From positions 3,328,676 through 3,392,675 of the forward strand of contig BFEA01000033.1 of assembly GCA_003427395.1 (NCBI GenBank): a DNA stretch of 64,000 bases, in the 5' to 3' direction. The notes under the pieces were generated by a model, which saw only the letters and a program-made list of their open reading frames with translations, ran no database searches and had not been told where the DNA came from. Shown in pieces: positions 52,660 through 63,400 of this stretch (its first letter is position 1; each line of letters starts with the position of its first letter). The translations under genes and the position numbers were made by a program. This stretch comes from Chara braunii (lineage: Eukaryota > Plantae > Charophyceae).

Positions 52660-53340
52660 CCAGCAAGTCGATAGAATAAGATACATCATATACACACACT
52701 CACGCATCCTTCCGTTTGGTCGAAGGATCCCTTCCCAGCATTGGAGGATTGACTGTCAGCTTGCCCTTCTCATGTATTCCTCTCAGGCCCTTTGTGGACC
52801 TGCCTGCTCTAACATTTCACATTAAGAATCATTACGAAGGCTTCCTTTCCTCCATCCGGCTGTCGCGATCTTGCTGTCAGTGGACTTTGAGGCCTTTCCA
52901 TCGGGGATTCCTGTCTCCACAATGGAAGCTCCGCGCTGTGCCAATCCATTAATTCCAGTCGCATGTCGTTAATGTCAGCCGCCATGTCCTGCGCGAGCCA
53001 GCTTCTTCTGAACTTAGTTAGATGTGTCTGACCCCTGTGTCCGGATATCTCTGAACAGTCTCCTTGACCACCCTCCATCCTTTTTTTGCAGAGAACCTCT
53101 GCTTCCATCATGATTTTTGTAGCAGCCCATACTTTGTCAAGTGCATTCTTCGTATTGTCCAGAGTCCTGCTGCATCTCTCCTTCCAGATTTTCCATAAAG
53201 TGGCTTTACGAATCAGTCCGAACCACAATCTGTCTGGCTTGGTCAAATGAGGATGGATGTTACTCCATAGGAGTGGTTGAATGGGGTGTTCCGGGAACGA
53301 AGAAGAAAAGAGGTGGCCCATGGATCAGATGCCCTTGCAC
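52660..53340 (-). mobile_element. L1 ORF2 C-terminal fragment
   Basis: WFGLIRKATLWKIWKERC motif in ORF 52809-53321. Confidence 0.65.
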
Positions 53341-53409
53341 ATAGTTCTGTTGTTTCTTATCTAATTAGACGGTGGATTATGTCTTCTTGTTCGTGGTCTG
53401 AGTAGACTA

Positions 53410-53514
53410 CCTACTTCACCCAAATACAACGCCAAGTAATTATAGCTGTATTTGGGGCATTTTCCAGTCCAGATGCAGCGATAATGACCGGGCGTTCTAT
53501 TCGGGTGAAGACGG
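53410..53514. mobile_element. Second 105-bp copy of the same MITE, opposite orientation
   Basis: Same right TIR, diverged left TIR, TA on both sides; the centre is the reverse complement of the first copy. Confidence 0.85.
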
Positions 53515-53591
53515 TAGGCATAAATCGGAGCTGTTAGGGTCTTTTTTCCTGTGTAACCAGTGATTGACAGGTAGGGCTACATATGTGATTA

Positions 53592-53826
53592 GCCACTGGA
53601 GGCTTCTCACTTTGATTGGGCGTATTGTTTAAAAAAAAAAATTGCGGTATTTTCGAGTTTTGGTTTGCTTTTCTTTCCCTAGTAACCTTAACCATCTGCG
53701 GTTATGTGCCACTGGAGGCTTCTCACTTTGATTGGGCGTATTGTTTATAAAAAAAAATTGCGGTATTTTCGAGTTTTGGTTTGCTTTTCTTTCCCTAGTA
53801 ACCTTAACCATCTGCGGTTATGTGCC
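53592..53826. repeat. 116-bp tandem duplication
   Basis: GCCACTGGAGGCTTCTCAC at 53592 and 53708. Confidence 0.9.
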
Positions 53827-54825
53827 TTCTCGGCCTTGCAGAGGAAAGGCCAGGAATTACTCTACCCCTTGAGAAACAAGAAATGACCACCTGGCCCCTC
53901 AAATTTAATGCATGACCACCCCACCTCTCGGCGTTGGAGAGGTCATTTCAGTCGTTCTCGCTGAAAGTCTTAGACATGCATCAAAGTTACAAATGAGTTC
54001 CACAACAAATACATACACATAAAAGGTCAGCATTCTAACAGCGGCACCCACACATATAAATATTATGTGAGTTACTCTGGTCTTCCACAAGGCCTTTTAA
54101 GCTTGCGTGGGAGTGTCGATGAGAGCTAAATCTCATTGAGGGGTTCTAGGGCCTCCTCATAGTGGTTATGTGTCTTCACATTGTACACCACTGGTGGTTG
54201 AGCTTTGGGATGAAACTCTTGGAAGGCGAAGGAGTGGAAAGAAGGCATGGCTCGTCCGTTCCTAAACGGATTTGAGCGAAAGAAGGATGGTAAATTGGGG
54301 TTCTCGGGCCAGTGCAAGCATGATGGCGGTGTTAGTTTTGGCGGTAAGTTAGTTGATTAGTCGAGGTAAGTATTAAGGACTGTGCGGTGTGCCAGCAACA
54401 CAAGCGGAAAAAAAATCAGAATCGGGCTTGTATCTTTTCTTGTTCTAACGGAAGATTCATTCGCAGTTCTACCAGATAGCAGGCGTAACAGCCAGTAGTT
54501 GCGTGGGCAATGAATCTTCCTGGCTTTTAGGAGAAGGTCCATTCTCAACTTGCACTTTTGGTGGGTAGTGATTGCATAAGCAGACTCATTTTTGAACTGT
54601 GGTCTCCGTCGCACAGGCTGTACATGGTCGGCCTATTGTCCTTATGCTGGCTGGGGTTTGTTGGGGCACATATGGATAGTTATGCTCAAGGTTCCTTTCC
54701 CAGTGATGCATGACGGATCCGCAGCCTTCAGCAACCTGCTGGCTCATGCTGTCAGATTGTCAAGAGCTGTCCGACTGTGAAATCTGCCCTGCTTCCGACG
54801 CGGGTCTCGAGCTAGTGAATGTTGA

Positions 54826-56808
54826 GGCCCCAGTCAACTTGAGACTCTGCTACTCAGAGTCAGCAGTCTTGAGACAGCAGACGTTCGAGAACTCGAATGC
54901 CTCATCCGAAAATCGCAGCATACCGGCCAACGTTACACAGCACAACCTCGTGACCCATTTACTGACCACATCAAGGTCGTACATGCACATGAGGTAGCTC
55001 GTGCTACAAACTTGCGCCATGTGTTACAATTGTCGGATGTAGTTGCATTGCACCCGGATCCTCAAGCAGCCACACATGTTCGTGTGTGTGACAAACTGAT
55101 GCCACCCACGCGTGTCCAATTTTGTAACTTCATTGATGTGGCCTTGAGTGTTACTCTTGGCATGACCTTACCCGACTCCTCTGATTGCAAATGTCGCAGA
55201 GCGTTTCCACATTGTTCTGATCTTGTGGATGACCATATTGTGTCTGTTGATTACAATATCATCTCCGATGATAGCCTTCGCAAGCTTTTTTAAGAAGGCT
55301 CGAAGTATCGGCTGAATGGGGAAACTGCCGATGTGCTCCAGGCACTGGCAATTGGACTAGATGAGTACATTGCCAATTACAAAAGGTTGTTGGCCGGACA
55401 TTCTCGATCTGCTTCTTTCTCGTATCTCAGAAGTTGAACAACTAGCGTTCTACAATCCTTGCGCATTGCCAATCCAATGCATCTCCGTTCTCCAATCATG
55501 TGAGCCAGCCACGTTCACTACGTTCTACACATGCCTCCTTGCACCATCTTCAACAACACTTTGCCATTGTCCCTGTGGACAAAACATCACACAATTTGGC
55601 AATTTCCTGCAAGAATTGGTATTTGTTTCATCTCTCTCCTCATTTGGACAGTCCCACTTATACTGTCTTCAAGAGTCTGTTGCTGATGTCCTTGACCACC
55701 ATGCAGTGTGGAATCACCATTGGGGTTGCACCCACACTAATACCCTACCTTACCTTTACTATGTACTCAAAGCTCACAAGTCTCCTCCATCTCTTCGCAA
55801 CATTCTTGGAGTCACAGCACAAAATAACAGTGTTGTTCCCCCGCGTGCTCGCCCTCGTCCAACAATTCGCACCATTCATGAACGGCCTCCTCACAAACCC
55901 TTGGCTAGCACGACGACTACTTCATCGTATCTCAGCGCCGCTTTGCAAGGAGTGATCTCTACTCTTCGCGAGAAAGACACTGAGCTGAGCTCTATCAACA
56001 TGTTGGTGTTCGACGGTGCTGGATCGTTCAGAGTGTCGATGAAGTGGCGATTGACCTGAAAAACAATGCATTGTCTCTTCGTGGCCTCTCTCCTCGAACT
56101 ATTGATTTTACCACAATGTACACCAACCTTCTTCATGACCGTATTCTGAATAATGTGGCAAAAGTTGTTGATGAAGCTCATGCTTATGCCCTTCGGCAAG
56201 CTCGCATGCATTCACGCTGCGTCCTCAACATGGTTATTTGAGGACCTCGTTGTGGCCAATGGACAACTGATTCGGGCCTGGATACCCTTTCTGTTTCTCA
56301 GATTCTCCAACATCTTTGCTTTGTTGTACAAAACACTTTTTTATACACGAGAGATGGCACACTTCGGAAACAAATTATCGGTATTCCAATGGGAACGAAT
56401 GCTGGTCCATAAATTTCTAATCTGACGCTGTATTGGGATGAAGCACGCTTTGTTGATGACATCCGTCAACATGATCTTCAAGCTGCTCAACAATATGCCT
56501 TCACCTATCGCCTCATTGATGATGTTCTTTCATGGGGACAATTACCTCCTTCACCAGAGCACTATGGGCTTGAGTGGAAGGAGACTACAGTTACGGATGG
56601 CTCCTGTACCTTTTTAGGTATGCATCTACAGGTCCGTTCCGATGGCTCGTTTCGCATGAGCGTCTTTGATAAAGCGGCTGCTTGGGACTTCCCTGTCATT
56701 CGTTATCCAAGTGCGACCTCCAACATCCCTTCCCATCAACCGGTTGGTGTGTTTACTGGCCAATTGACCAGATTTGAACAAATCTGTAACAATTGGCAGG
56801 ACTTTTGA
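54826..56808 (+). pseudogene. Penelope-like reverse transcriptase (frameshifts and stops)
   Basis: LRKLF*EGSKYR; FAIVPVDKTSHNLAISCK; LPYLYYVLKAHKSP; CWIVQS; TIDFTTMYTNLLH (D at 56104); KQIIGIPMGTNAGP (G at 56380); YRLIDD (56506-56523); CTFLGM; VFDK..WDFPVIRYP..GVFTGQLTRF. Confidence 0.9.
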
Positions 56809-57000
56809 ACTGCAGCAACAACACTTCCTTGTTGTATGACCTACTACATGCGCTCCCGCCAACGTCGCTATCTTACGCATGTGATGCATCTCTCTAAGCG
56901 GTTCCGACGCATGATGCGATGGTCCTTGTATCATCCAATTTCTTCTTCCCCCCCACGATGCTCTCGTCCTGCCCCTGCTTACTCATCTGCTGCTACCGCA

Positions 57001-57261
57001 GTTTTCACTGCTGCAGTCTCCACTCCTGCAGTTTCCATTGCTGCAGTCTCCACTCCTGGAGTTTCCATTGCTGCAGTGTCCACTGTTGCGGTTTCCACTG
57101 CTGTAGTTTCCACCGCTGCAGTGTCCACTGTTGCGGGTTCCACTGCTGTAGTGTCTACTGCTGCAGTTTCCATTGCTCTAGTTTCTACTGCTCCAGTTTC
57201 CGCTGCTGCAGTTTCTACTGTTGCGGTTTCCACTGCTGCAGTTTTCAGTACAGCAGTTTCC
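57001..57261 (+). repeat. 15-bp coding minisatellite (GTTTCCACTGCTGCA)n encoding (AVSTA)n
   Basis: About 17 imperfect units inside ORF 56836-57576, in frame with the RT thumb. Confidence 0.9.
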
Positions 57262-58025
57262 CTAACTGTAATTCCCCCTACTTTGGTTTTTACTGCTACA
57301 ACTTCCTGTCCTGCAGCTCCAATGCAAAGAACATCACAATCTCTCCGACGCTCACGTCCTTTGGTCCGAAATCTTGCCCAATGCAACCCCCTCTCATCTT
57401 TGTCTGTGCTTGGCCGTAGACGACTGCGTTCCTCCTCACCACCCCCATCTCCTCCACGGTCTCGCTTGCGAACAGACTCTCCAGTTTCCATTGTTCCTAT
57501 TGTTCCACCTGCGTTGCTAGGTACAAGTTCAGCTTCTGTTTGCAACACCACTACTCCTCTTGTTGTGTATCACTGACGACATCCACGGCATCGTCACTTG
57601 TTCGGGGATCAGCAACCTGTTTCTTTGTCTGCCCCGATTCTCTTTGTGCCTCCTCCACAGGTTGTTGCGGTTCCTTTGTTTCAAAAGGCAATATCCGCTC
57701 CTATGCCTCCTGCAGACAGTCCAGCTGCCTGCAGGCAGCCACCAGTCCCTACTCAGGATGCAGCCGCTGCCCAGAGTACACTCCCGACTCCAGGTACAGT
57801 CCCTACTCAGGATGCAGCCCTAAACGTTGAGGGATTGGAACATGATCTGCCCGGATTGCAGTTGACCCCACAAGGCGTAGACCACATGGGGGATCTGCAA
57901 ATGGCTGACCAGCATTGTTCGGATGAACCACAATTTTGTGCTCCGCCATGGGTGTGATCTGCCCGGATTGCAGTTGACCCCACAAGGCGTAGACCACGTG
58001 CAGACCACATGGGTGTGATCTGCAA

Positions 58026-59006
58026 ATGACTGACCAACAAACAACCCAACATAGTTTGGGCTTGCAACACCATCTGGGTGATCTGCAAATTGTTGGCCAG
58101 CATCCAACAAACCAGCCTGAGAACCTCACCAATCTTTGTGGTCTGACAACAACTAATATCTGTCTTCACATTCTCCATCTCCCATTTTATACACCATCAG
58201 ACTTCCTTGCAATCAACCTTCAGCTTGATGCTGATCTTCCCCGACGACAGCCAGAGGATTGTAATTATACCAGCGAAGGAGGCTTTACCATTGCTGTCCT
58301 ACAAGTAGCAATGAGGGACCGTCAACTTGAACTACGCAATGCTCGAGCAGGTGAGTGGTTTAATCCTCCATCCCACATCTCTACCCGCATTGTGCACGGC
58401 CCTGGCCATTACATGGCAATTGTACATGCCTCTGAGCACTGGGAGCTGTGGGACAACAGCACCATGGTCCATGCCATGATTGATGTCACTGATTTCTTAC
58501 AAAATGATGCTGTTCTCTTGCCACAACAAACCGTCCACAATCTCTTTTATGTTGAAGATCATTCCTCTGGCCCCGTGCTGCAGAAAAACAATGTACCAAC
58601 ACTCTGCGACCTTCTCCTTTACACAGCCACAAACACTGTTACACTCGGCTGTAGCCGCCATCGTCTCTGTCACGGTCACTACAATGACATGGTTTCTGCA
58701 TCCATGTGTGCAGAGGACTGTCCCACCGTTCCTGACTGCAGGCAAAATCCGCATCCGGACACTATATGTCCATTTTGCGGCCATGGGCACTATACTGAAT
58801 GCATGCTCTTTTGTGGTGACCGTTCTTTTTTCATTTTGGCCTTTAATCGACATGCCATTTGTCGGGGGTGTATGATGGGCATGCTCAATGCCACCCGTCG
58901 TGGCAATTGTTGCATTGAGCATGCTCAGATAGGTCTTCCATGTGTTCATCCACGTCATCCTTACAATGTATGTCCTCTCTGTTGTCAAGGACAGACTCAT
59001 TCTTGA
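58026..59006 (+). CDS. Josephin-like cysteine protease (deubiquitinase fold) plus two RING-like zinc fingers; probable C-terminus of the retroelement polyprotein
   Basis: NLCG..FYTPSDFLAINLQLD..NYTSEGGFTIAVLQVAM..LEL..GHYMAI..WELWDNS..LFYV parallels ataxin-3 (SLCA..YFSPVELSSIAHQLD..NMDDSGFFSIQVISNAL..LEL..EHWFTV..WFNLNS..IFVV). Triad C38/H128/D143. Confidence 0.8.
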   Translation: MTDQQTTQHSLGLQHHLGDLQIVGQHPTNQPENLTNLCGLTTTNICLHILHLPFYTPSDFLAINLQLDADLPRRQPEDCNYTSEGGFTIAVLQVAMRDRQLELRNARAGEWFNPPSHISTRIVHGPGHYMAIVHASEHWELWDNSTMVHAMIDVTDFLQNDAVLLPQQTVHNLFYVEDHSSGPVLQKNNVPTLCDLLLYTATNTVTLGCSRHRLCHGHYNDMVSASMCAEDCPTVPDCRQNPHPDTICPFCGHGHYTECMLFCGDRSFFILAFNRHAICRGCMMGMLNATRRGNCCIEHAQIGLPCVHPRHPYNVCPLCCQGQTHS

Positions 59007-59466
59007 GCCTTTTCTTATCCTCTTTTGCCTTCATCTTCACTCCACACTCCATACTTGCCCTTCCTTTCCCTTTATCATTCTTTGTTTGTCTGCTCTCCAT
59101 CTCTCCTCCCTGTGTTTATCCCCTCCCCCTTCACTCTGCCTCTTTCTTACAGCGTACAAGTGGGCTGTTATGGCACACGGGGATGGGGGCAGCTCACGCT
59201 CAACTTCATCAACGTGGCGAGCCTTCTACGTGAGAGGCACCGTGAAAGAGGAGTCAACAGAAGAATGAGAAAAATGAATGGTTTCACTGTGCCCTTCATG
59301 TTTGTCTTGTTTTTTTTTTTTTTTTTTTTTTTTTTGCCGTTTGTTTCGTAAATTGCGCTCTTTTAGTTTTAACGAAACAGTTTGCCACAGCCCCTCGTTT
59401 GTTGTCCTCTTCTCCCTCTCTGCCTATGGTTTACCGGGCAGCTCTGTTTGACTATACATATATATT

Positions 59467-59926
59467 CTTTTTTTTAAGGCTAATTCTTTTAAGCCCAACC
59501 AATTCAATTACCTGTCGAATCTGAACAGGATGGCCTTTCAGGCCTTTTTTTATTGTAATTATAGTATTACAGGGAGCCCCGTAGCAGCCATATCCGTGCT
59601 TAAGCCTCCAACGAGGGAACATGTGGGAGCTGCACTCACCAGCAGGTGTGATACCTGTTACAGCAGGTGGGCCATACCGACCAGGGGTCAGCCGGTAGCA
59701 TCAGGACCGAGCCTCTTCGATGGGCCAGTCGCTGTGTCTCCCCTCCGGTCCCCTCCCCCTATGAACATCAGCAGTCTCTGCTCAATGCCACTCAGGGGGA
59801 CCAACGGCCTATCTCTAGGTGACGGGCGCCAATCTTGCCCAGGAAGGTACATGAGGCCAGTGGGGATTGAACCCAAGACCTCCTGAATGCCACTTGCGTG
59901 CCTTACCAACTGAGCTAGGCCGCTGG
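59467..59926 (-). mobile_element. tRNA-derived SINE
   Basis: Minus-strand head at 59854-59926 has A box TAGCTCAGTTGG and B box GGTTCAATCC but unpaired anticodon and acceptor stems. The body ends at an oligo-A (T run ~59468-59475). Confidence 0.7.
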
Positions 59927-60499
59927 ATAGTACAATGTTTTTTTTGCTGATGAGAGTCAGGATTTGTTGTTTTTCCTTTCCATTGGTGGGATGGCCAATT
60001 AGCATCCTGTAACAGCACAGACCCCTAAACACACATGCCACTCTACTCTAGGTATTGCTACCGCTGCTGGTGCTCACTCTCGCATGCCAGCACTCGGTCT
60101 CTGCCTATTCCAGCGCTAGTACTCCAGCATCAAGCAGCCCGTGGCAGAATAAATGAGCCAATTGGGTGAGGCCGGTGTTGACTTGGGCCTGGTTGATTGC
60201 CTAGAAGTTGATTACCTGCCCAAAACCCTCGCATTCAACTAATCAATCTAATCATTCTAATCTGATAATCTCGCCCTAACCCTCTGAAATTCTCGGATCT
60301 TCGCATTCTCCACAACTAGGGAAGCTTAACGATACTGCAGCTAGTACCCCTCCAACCATTTTGGTTGGTAGTTGGTTGGGTAGCTCGTGGGTCCTCGCTC
60401 CCCGGGAGGGTAAGAATGCAATAAATCGCAGTATCCCAGTGGGACTGTACACTAACTGTGAATGCTGTTTCCTTGTTTTGGGTGTTGCGGGACTTGATC

Positions 60500-63400
60500 C
60501 TGTGACCTGTAGTGTGTTTTTACTGTTTTTGAGGTTTATCAGGCTTGAACCCTTGAACCTGTCGCTAGTAGTCTCTGCTTCGTAGTCTTAGGCCTTTCAG
60601 CCTTGTTGTTTTGTCCTTGTCTGCCCTTCTGGAAACTGGTAGGCCCATAGGTCTTTCTTTTGTGTGTCCTAGCCTTGGGCTCCCTTAGTCTAGGTTTCCA
60701 TCTAGATGCATGTAGGTAGATCTCTTGACTGTTTGGCCGTAGATGTTTGCTGTTTGGACGGTCAGATAGGTCCGTAGGTGGCTGCTGTGTTGTAGGTCTA
60801 GGGAAGTCGGGTAGAAGTAGGCAGAGGCCGACAAATTTGGGGTTCTTTTCATTGCTTTTCCTCTCACGGTCTGGGTGGAGGTTGCGTTGCTTCCCTGCTG
60901 CGCTGTTGTGGGCATGTATGCAGGGGCATCTTCTCCACATGCCGCTGGCGGCCATAGCTGGGGCCTTCCAGCACCATTGGTGACAGCTCTGGGCTCGGCT
61001 TAGGTGTTGATGAGCGCTTCCTCATATTTGTGTGTTTGTTGGGGTTCGGTCAGCTGCCACCGAAGCTTCACTTTCAGCCGTTCTTCTTCGACGTGGCATA
61101 TCTTCATCGTCATCGAGTTGCTGTTTTCTTCTTCATCATCCTGGGAGCTGCGCTCCCCTGCTGAGTGGACACTTCATCTGCAGTGGGCTTCTTGAGTGGT
61201 GCAGAGAGGGGTGTTGGATTTAGGAGGGTGTGTGGCGATTGGCAGGCTTGATAGGTTGGGTGCGTGCAAGCACCATAGCTTGAGCTTGAGGAAGAGAGAG
61301 GAAGAAGAAGACTCCCAGATACTTCAATGGAACCATTGCATTGTCGTTCTTTGAGTTTTGTGAGATATACAGGATCATAACAATTCATATGCTGCTGTAA
61401 CCGTAATCTGAGTTGATTAGGGCAATCAAACTTGGATTAGGGTAAAGATTAGTATGGAAGTGGGGTGGCGAGGTCTGTGGGAGCTGCCCCCCCCTGCATT
61501 GGGGTATGTAGGGCAGACATTGACCCTACCCAGGTTTGGAAGTGATTGTATGGGGTAGCGAGACATAGGAAGTGTCAGTTTGAGGGGATCTAAGGGAGGA
61601 GAGAGTGAGTGGTGAGTCGCACCTGCCTTATGAGCATGAGGAGGACATCGAGAAACTACTAGGCTTCTTGTCAAGAGGGTGAACTTGGAGATGGAGTGGA
61701 TATGGCTGCACTGTATGTCCACAGGTTGCTGATTGGTCTTTAACATCAACGTGGGATGTGGCGGTGTACTTGGGTGTGGAGTAGACCCTCCTAGAGATAG
61801 GCAAACTAGAGTAGAGGTTGTAGATTGGGTCAGGAGGACGTGTGAGAGGGGGAGGTGAGTTGTTCTTCATCGCAAGAGTCCGCCCAGCACATATAAGTGT
61901 CATGTAACTGGGGGATGCCCATGGTTGAATGTGTGGTGGTGCATTGCTTTGTGTATGTGTAGGGTTCTTTTCCTACTCTTTGTGATCTTGGCTGTTGTGG
62001 ATGCGTTTGTGGACTGCTCTCTCACCAGTTAGATGGATGTGAAGTATGCTTATTCTGTCAGTGGTGCTTTCATAATTCATTTTGACCTTGGTTGTAGCTG
62101 AGTAGGGATTATCTGATTCTACCTCTTTTCCTTTTCTGATCGTCAGGGCTAGGCTTAGGATGCACATAGAGGAGCTTTCCTAGCGTTGTCGTCTATATGT
62201 GACTTTGGTTGTAGCTGAGTAGGGATTATCTGATGTAGATCTTTCTCCCGGAGCAAAGGCTTCTTCTTGGCATTGTCAGCCTACCTGGGGGCATGCGTAC
62301 CCAGTGGGACCGTATCCAAGTGAGAAGAGACTGACTTACTACCAGTTCTAGTGCCTAATGAGATCGGAAGGAGGGGCATTTTACAATGGGCATGCGTACC
62401 CAGTGGGGCCGTATCCAAATGAGAAGAGACTTACTTGCTACCAGTTCTTGTGCCTAACGAGATCATCAGGAGGGGCAGTTCTTGTGCCTAACGAGATCGG
62501 AAGGAGGGGCATTTTACAATGGGCCGTTCAATGCTGGAGGGAGGGGCATTTTACAATGGGCATGCGTACCCAGTGGGANTATCCAAGTGAGAAGAGACTT
62601 ACTTGCTACCAGTTCTAGTGCCTAACGAGATCGGAAGGAGGGGCATTTTACAATGGGCCGTTCAATGCTGGAGGATGGCCGCCGAGTTTTTCAATGCTGG
62701 GAGGATGGCCGCCGAGTTTTAGAATGGGCTGTTCAATGCTGGAGGATGGTTGTGATGTGCTATTGTTGTTGCTGTTGATGTAGCTCTCTGGTCCAAATGA
62801 AACGCTGCTCCAGCTAGGAGTTCATTCTTCCTGTCCCTTGTGCTGAACTATTTGCTTCTTCATCTGCGTGATCGAATGCCTGTAACGGCGTGGACTCAAA
62901 AGTGAGCAGGAGAGACGAGAGGAAAAAAAGAGAGTGCGAGAAAGAGGACTGGAAAGTGGAGTGTCCTGTTAAGGGAAAGGAAAAAGACTATACTCCCCTT
63001 GAGAGTCATTGTGCTCATCTTGAGGGACTCGCTGAATCTCTAACCTGTCTATCCCAAGGAGTTTGACAGCTTTCCTTCTAGCCGTGGGGCCAAAAAGGGA
63101 CCAAAATGGATATGGCTTCAGAACAACTTAAGATTCTAAGGGATCAGTCAGCGGGAGAGCAAAAACAACTGTATGAGAGGCTACTTGAGGGAGGAGCAGG
63201 AGAGTGTAGAGGCTTGCAGGAAGCAGGTGCTTGAAGCCCATGAGGCCCTTTCGCAGACTGTCTCAACTCTAGAGGATGATGAGATTGCGAGCAAAGTAGC
63301 ATCTTTTGTCCAAGCTTTTACAGATTTTCATCAGGAATCTGTTGATAACTTTGCCGAGGTCTGTGATCAGTTAGCGGAATTGCGAACTGTCAATGAGAGG

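Larger units (their letters stand above)
54400..59460 (+). mobile_element. Penelope-like retroelement (Naiad/Chlamys-type RT) with a C-terminal Josephin and tandem RING-like extension; decayed, ends approximate
   Basis: RT motifs occur in the expected order, followed by a same-strand linker and the Josephin/RING ORF. Confidence 0.8.

Noticed and set aside
56919-57551. Cys-rich (CCSFH)n and antisense (ETAAV)n ORFs as separate genes
   Set aside because: These are alternative frames of the 15-bp minisatellite; only the AVSTA frame is continuous with the RT.
54778-57576. In-frame TGA codons in the Penelope-like ORF as selenocysteine (some Naiad elements encode selenoproteins)
   Set aside because: The copy also has TAA stops (55291, 56410) and frameshifts. 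The TGAs are not at evident Cys ligand positions and fit CGA>TGA decay. No SECIS was recognisable by eye.
59007-59460. Hammerhead ribozyme expected in Penelope-like termini
   Set aside because: Hairpins and a CGAAAC are present, but I found no properly placed CTGANGA core on either strand. An Infernal search is needed.
59854-59926. Functional tRNA gene
   Set aside because: The A and B boxes are good, but the anticodon and acceptor stems do not pair, and the head continues into a SINE-like body.
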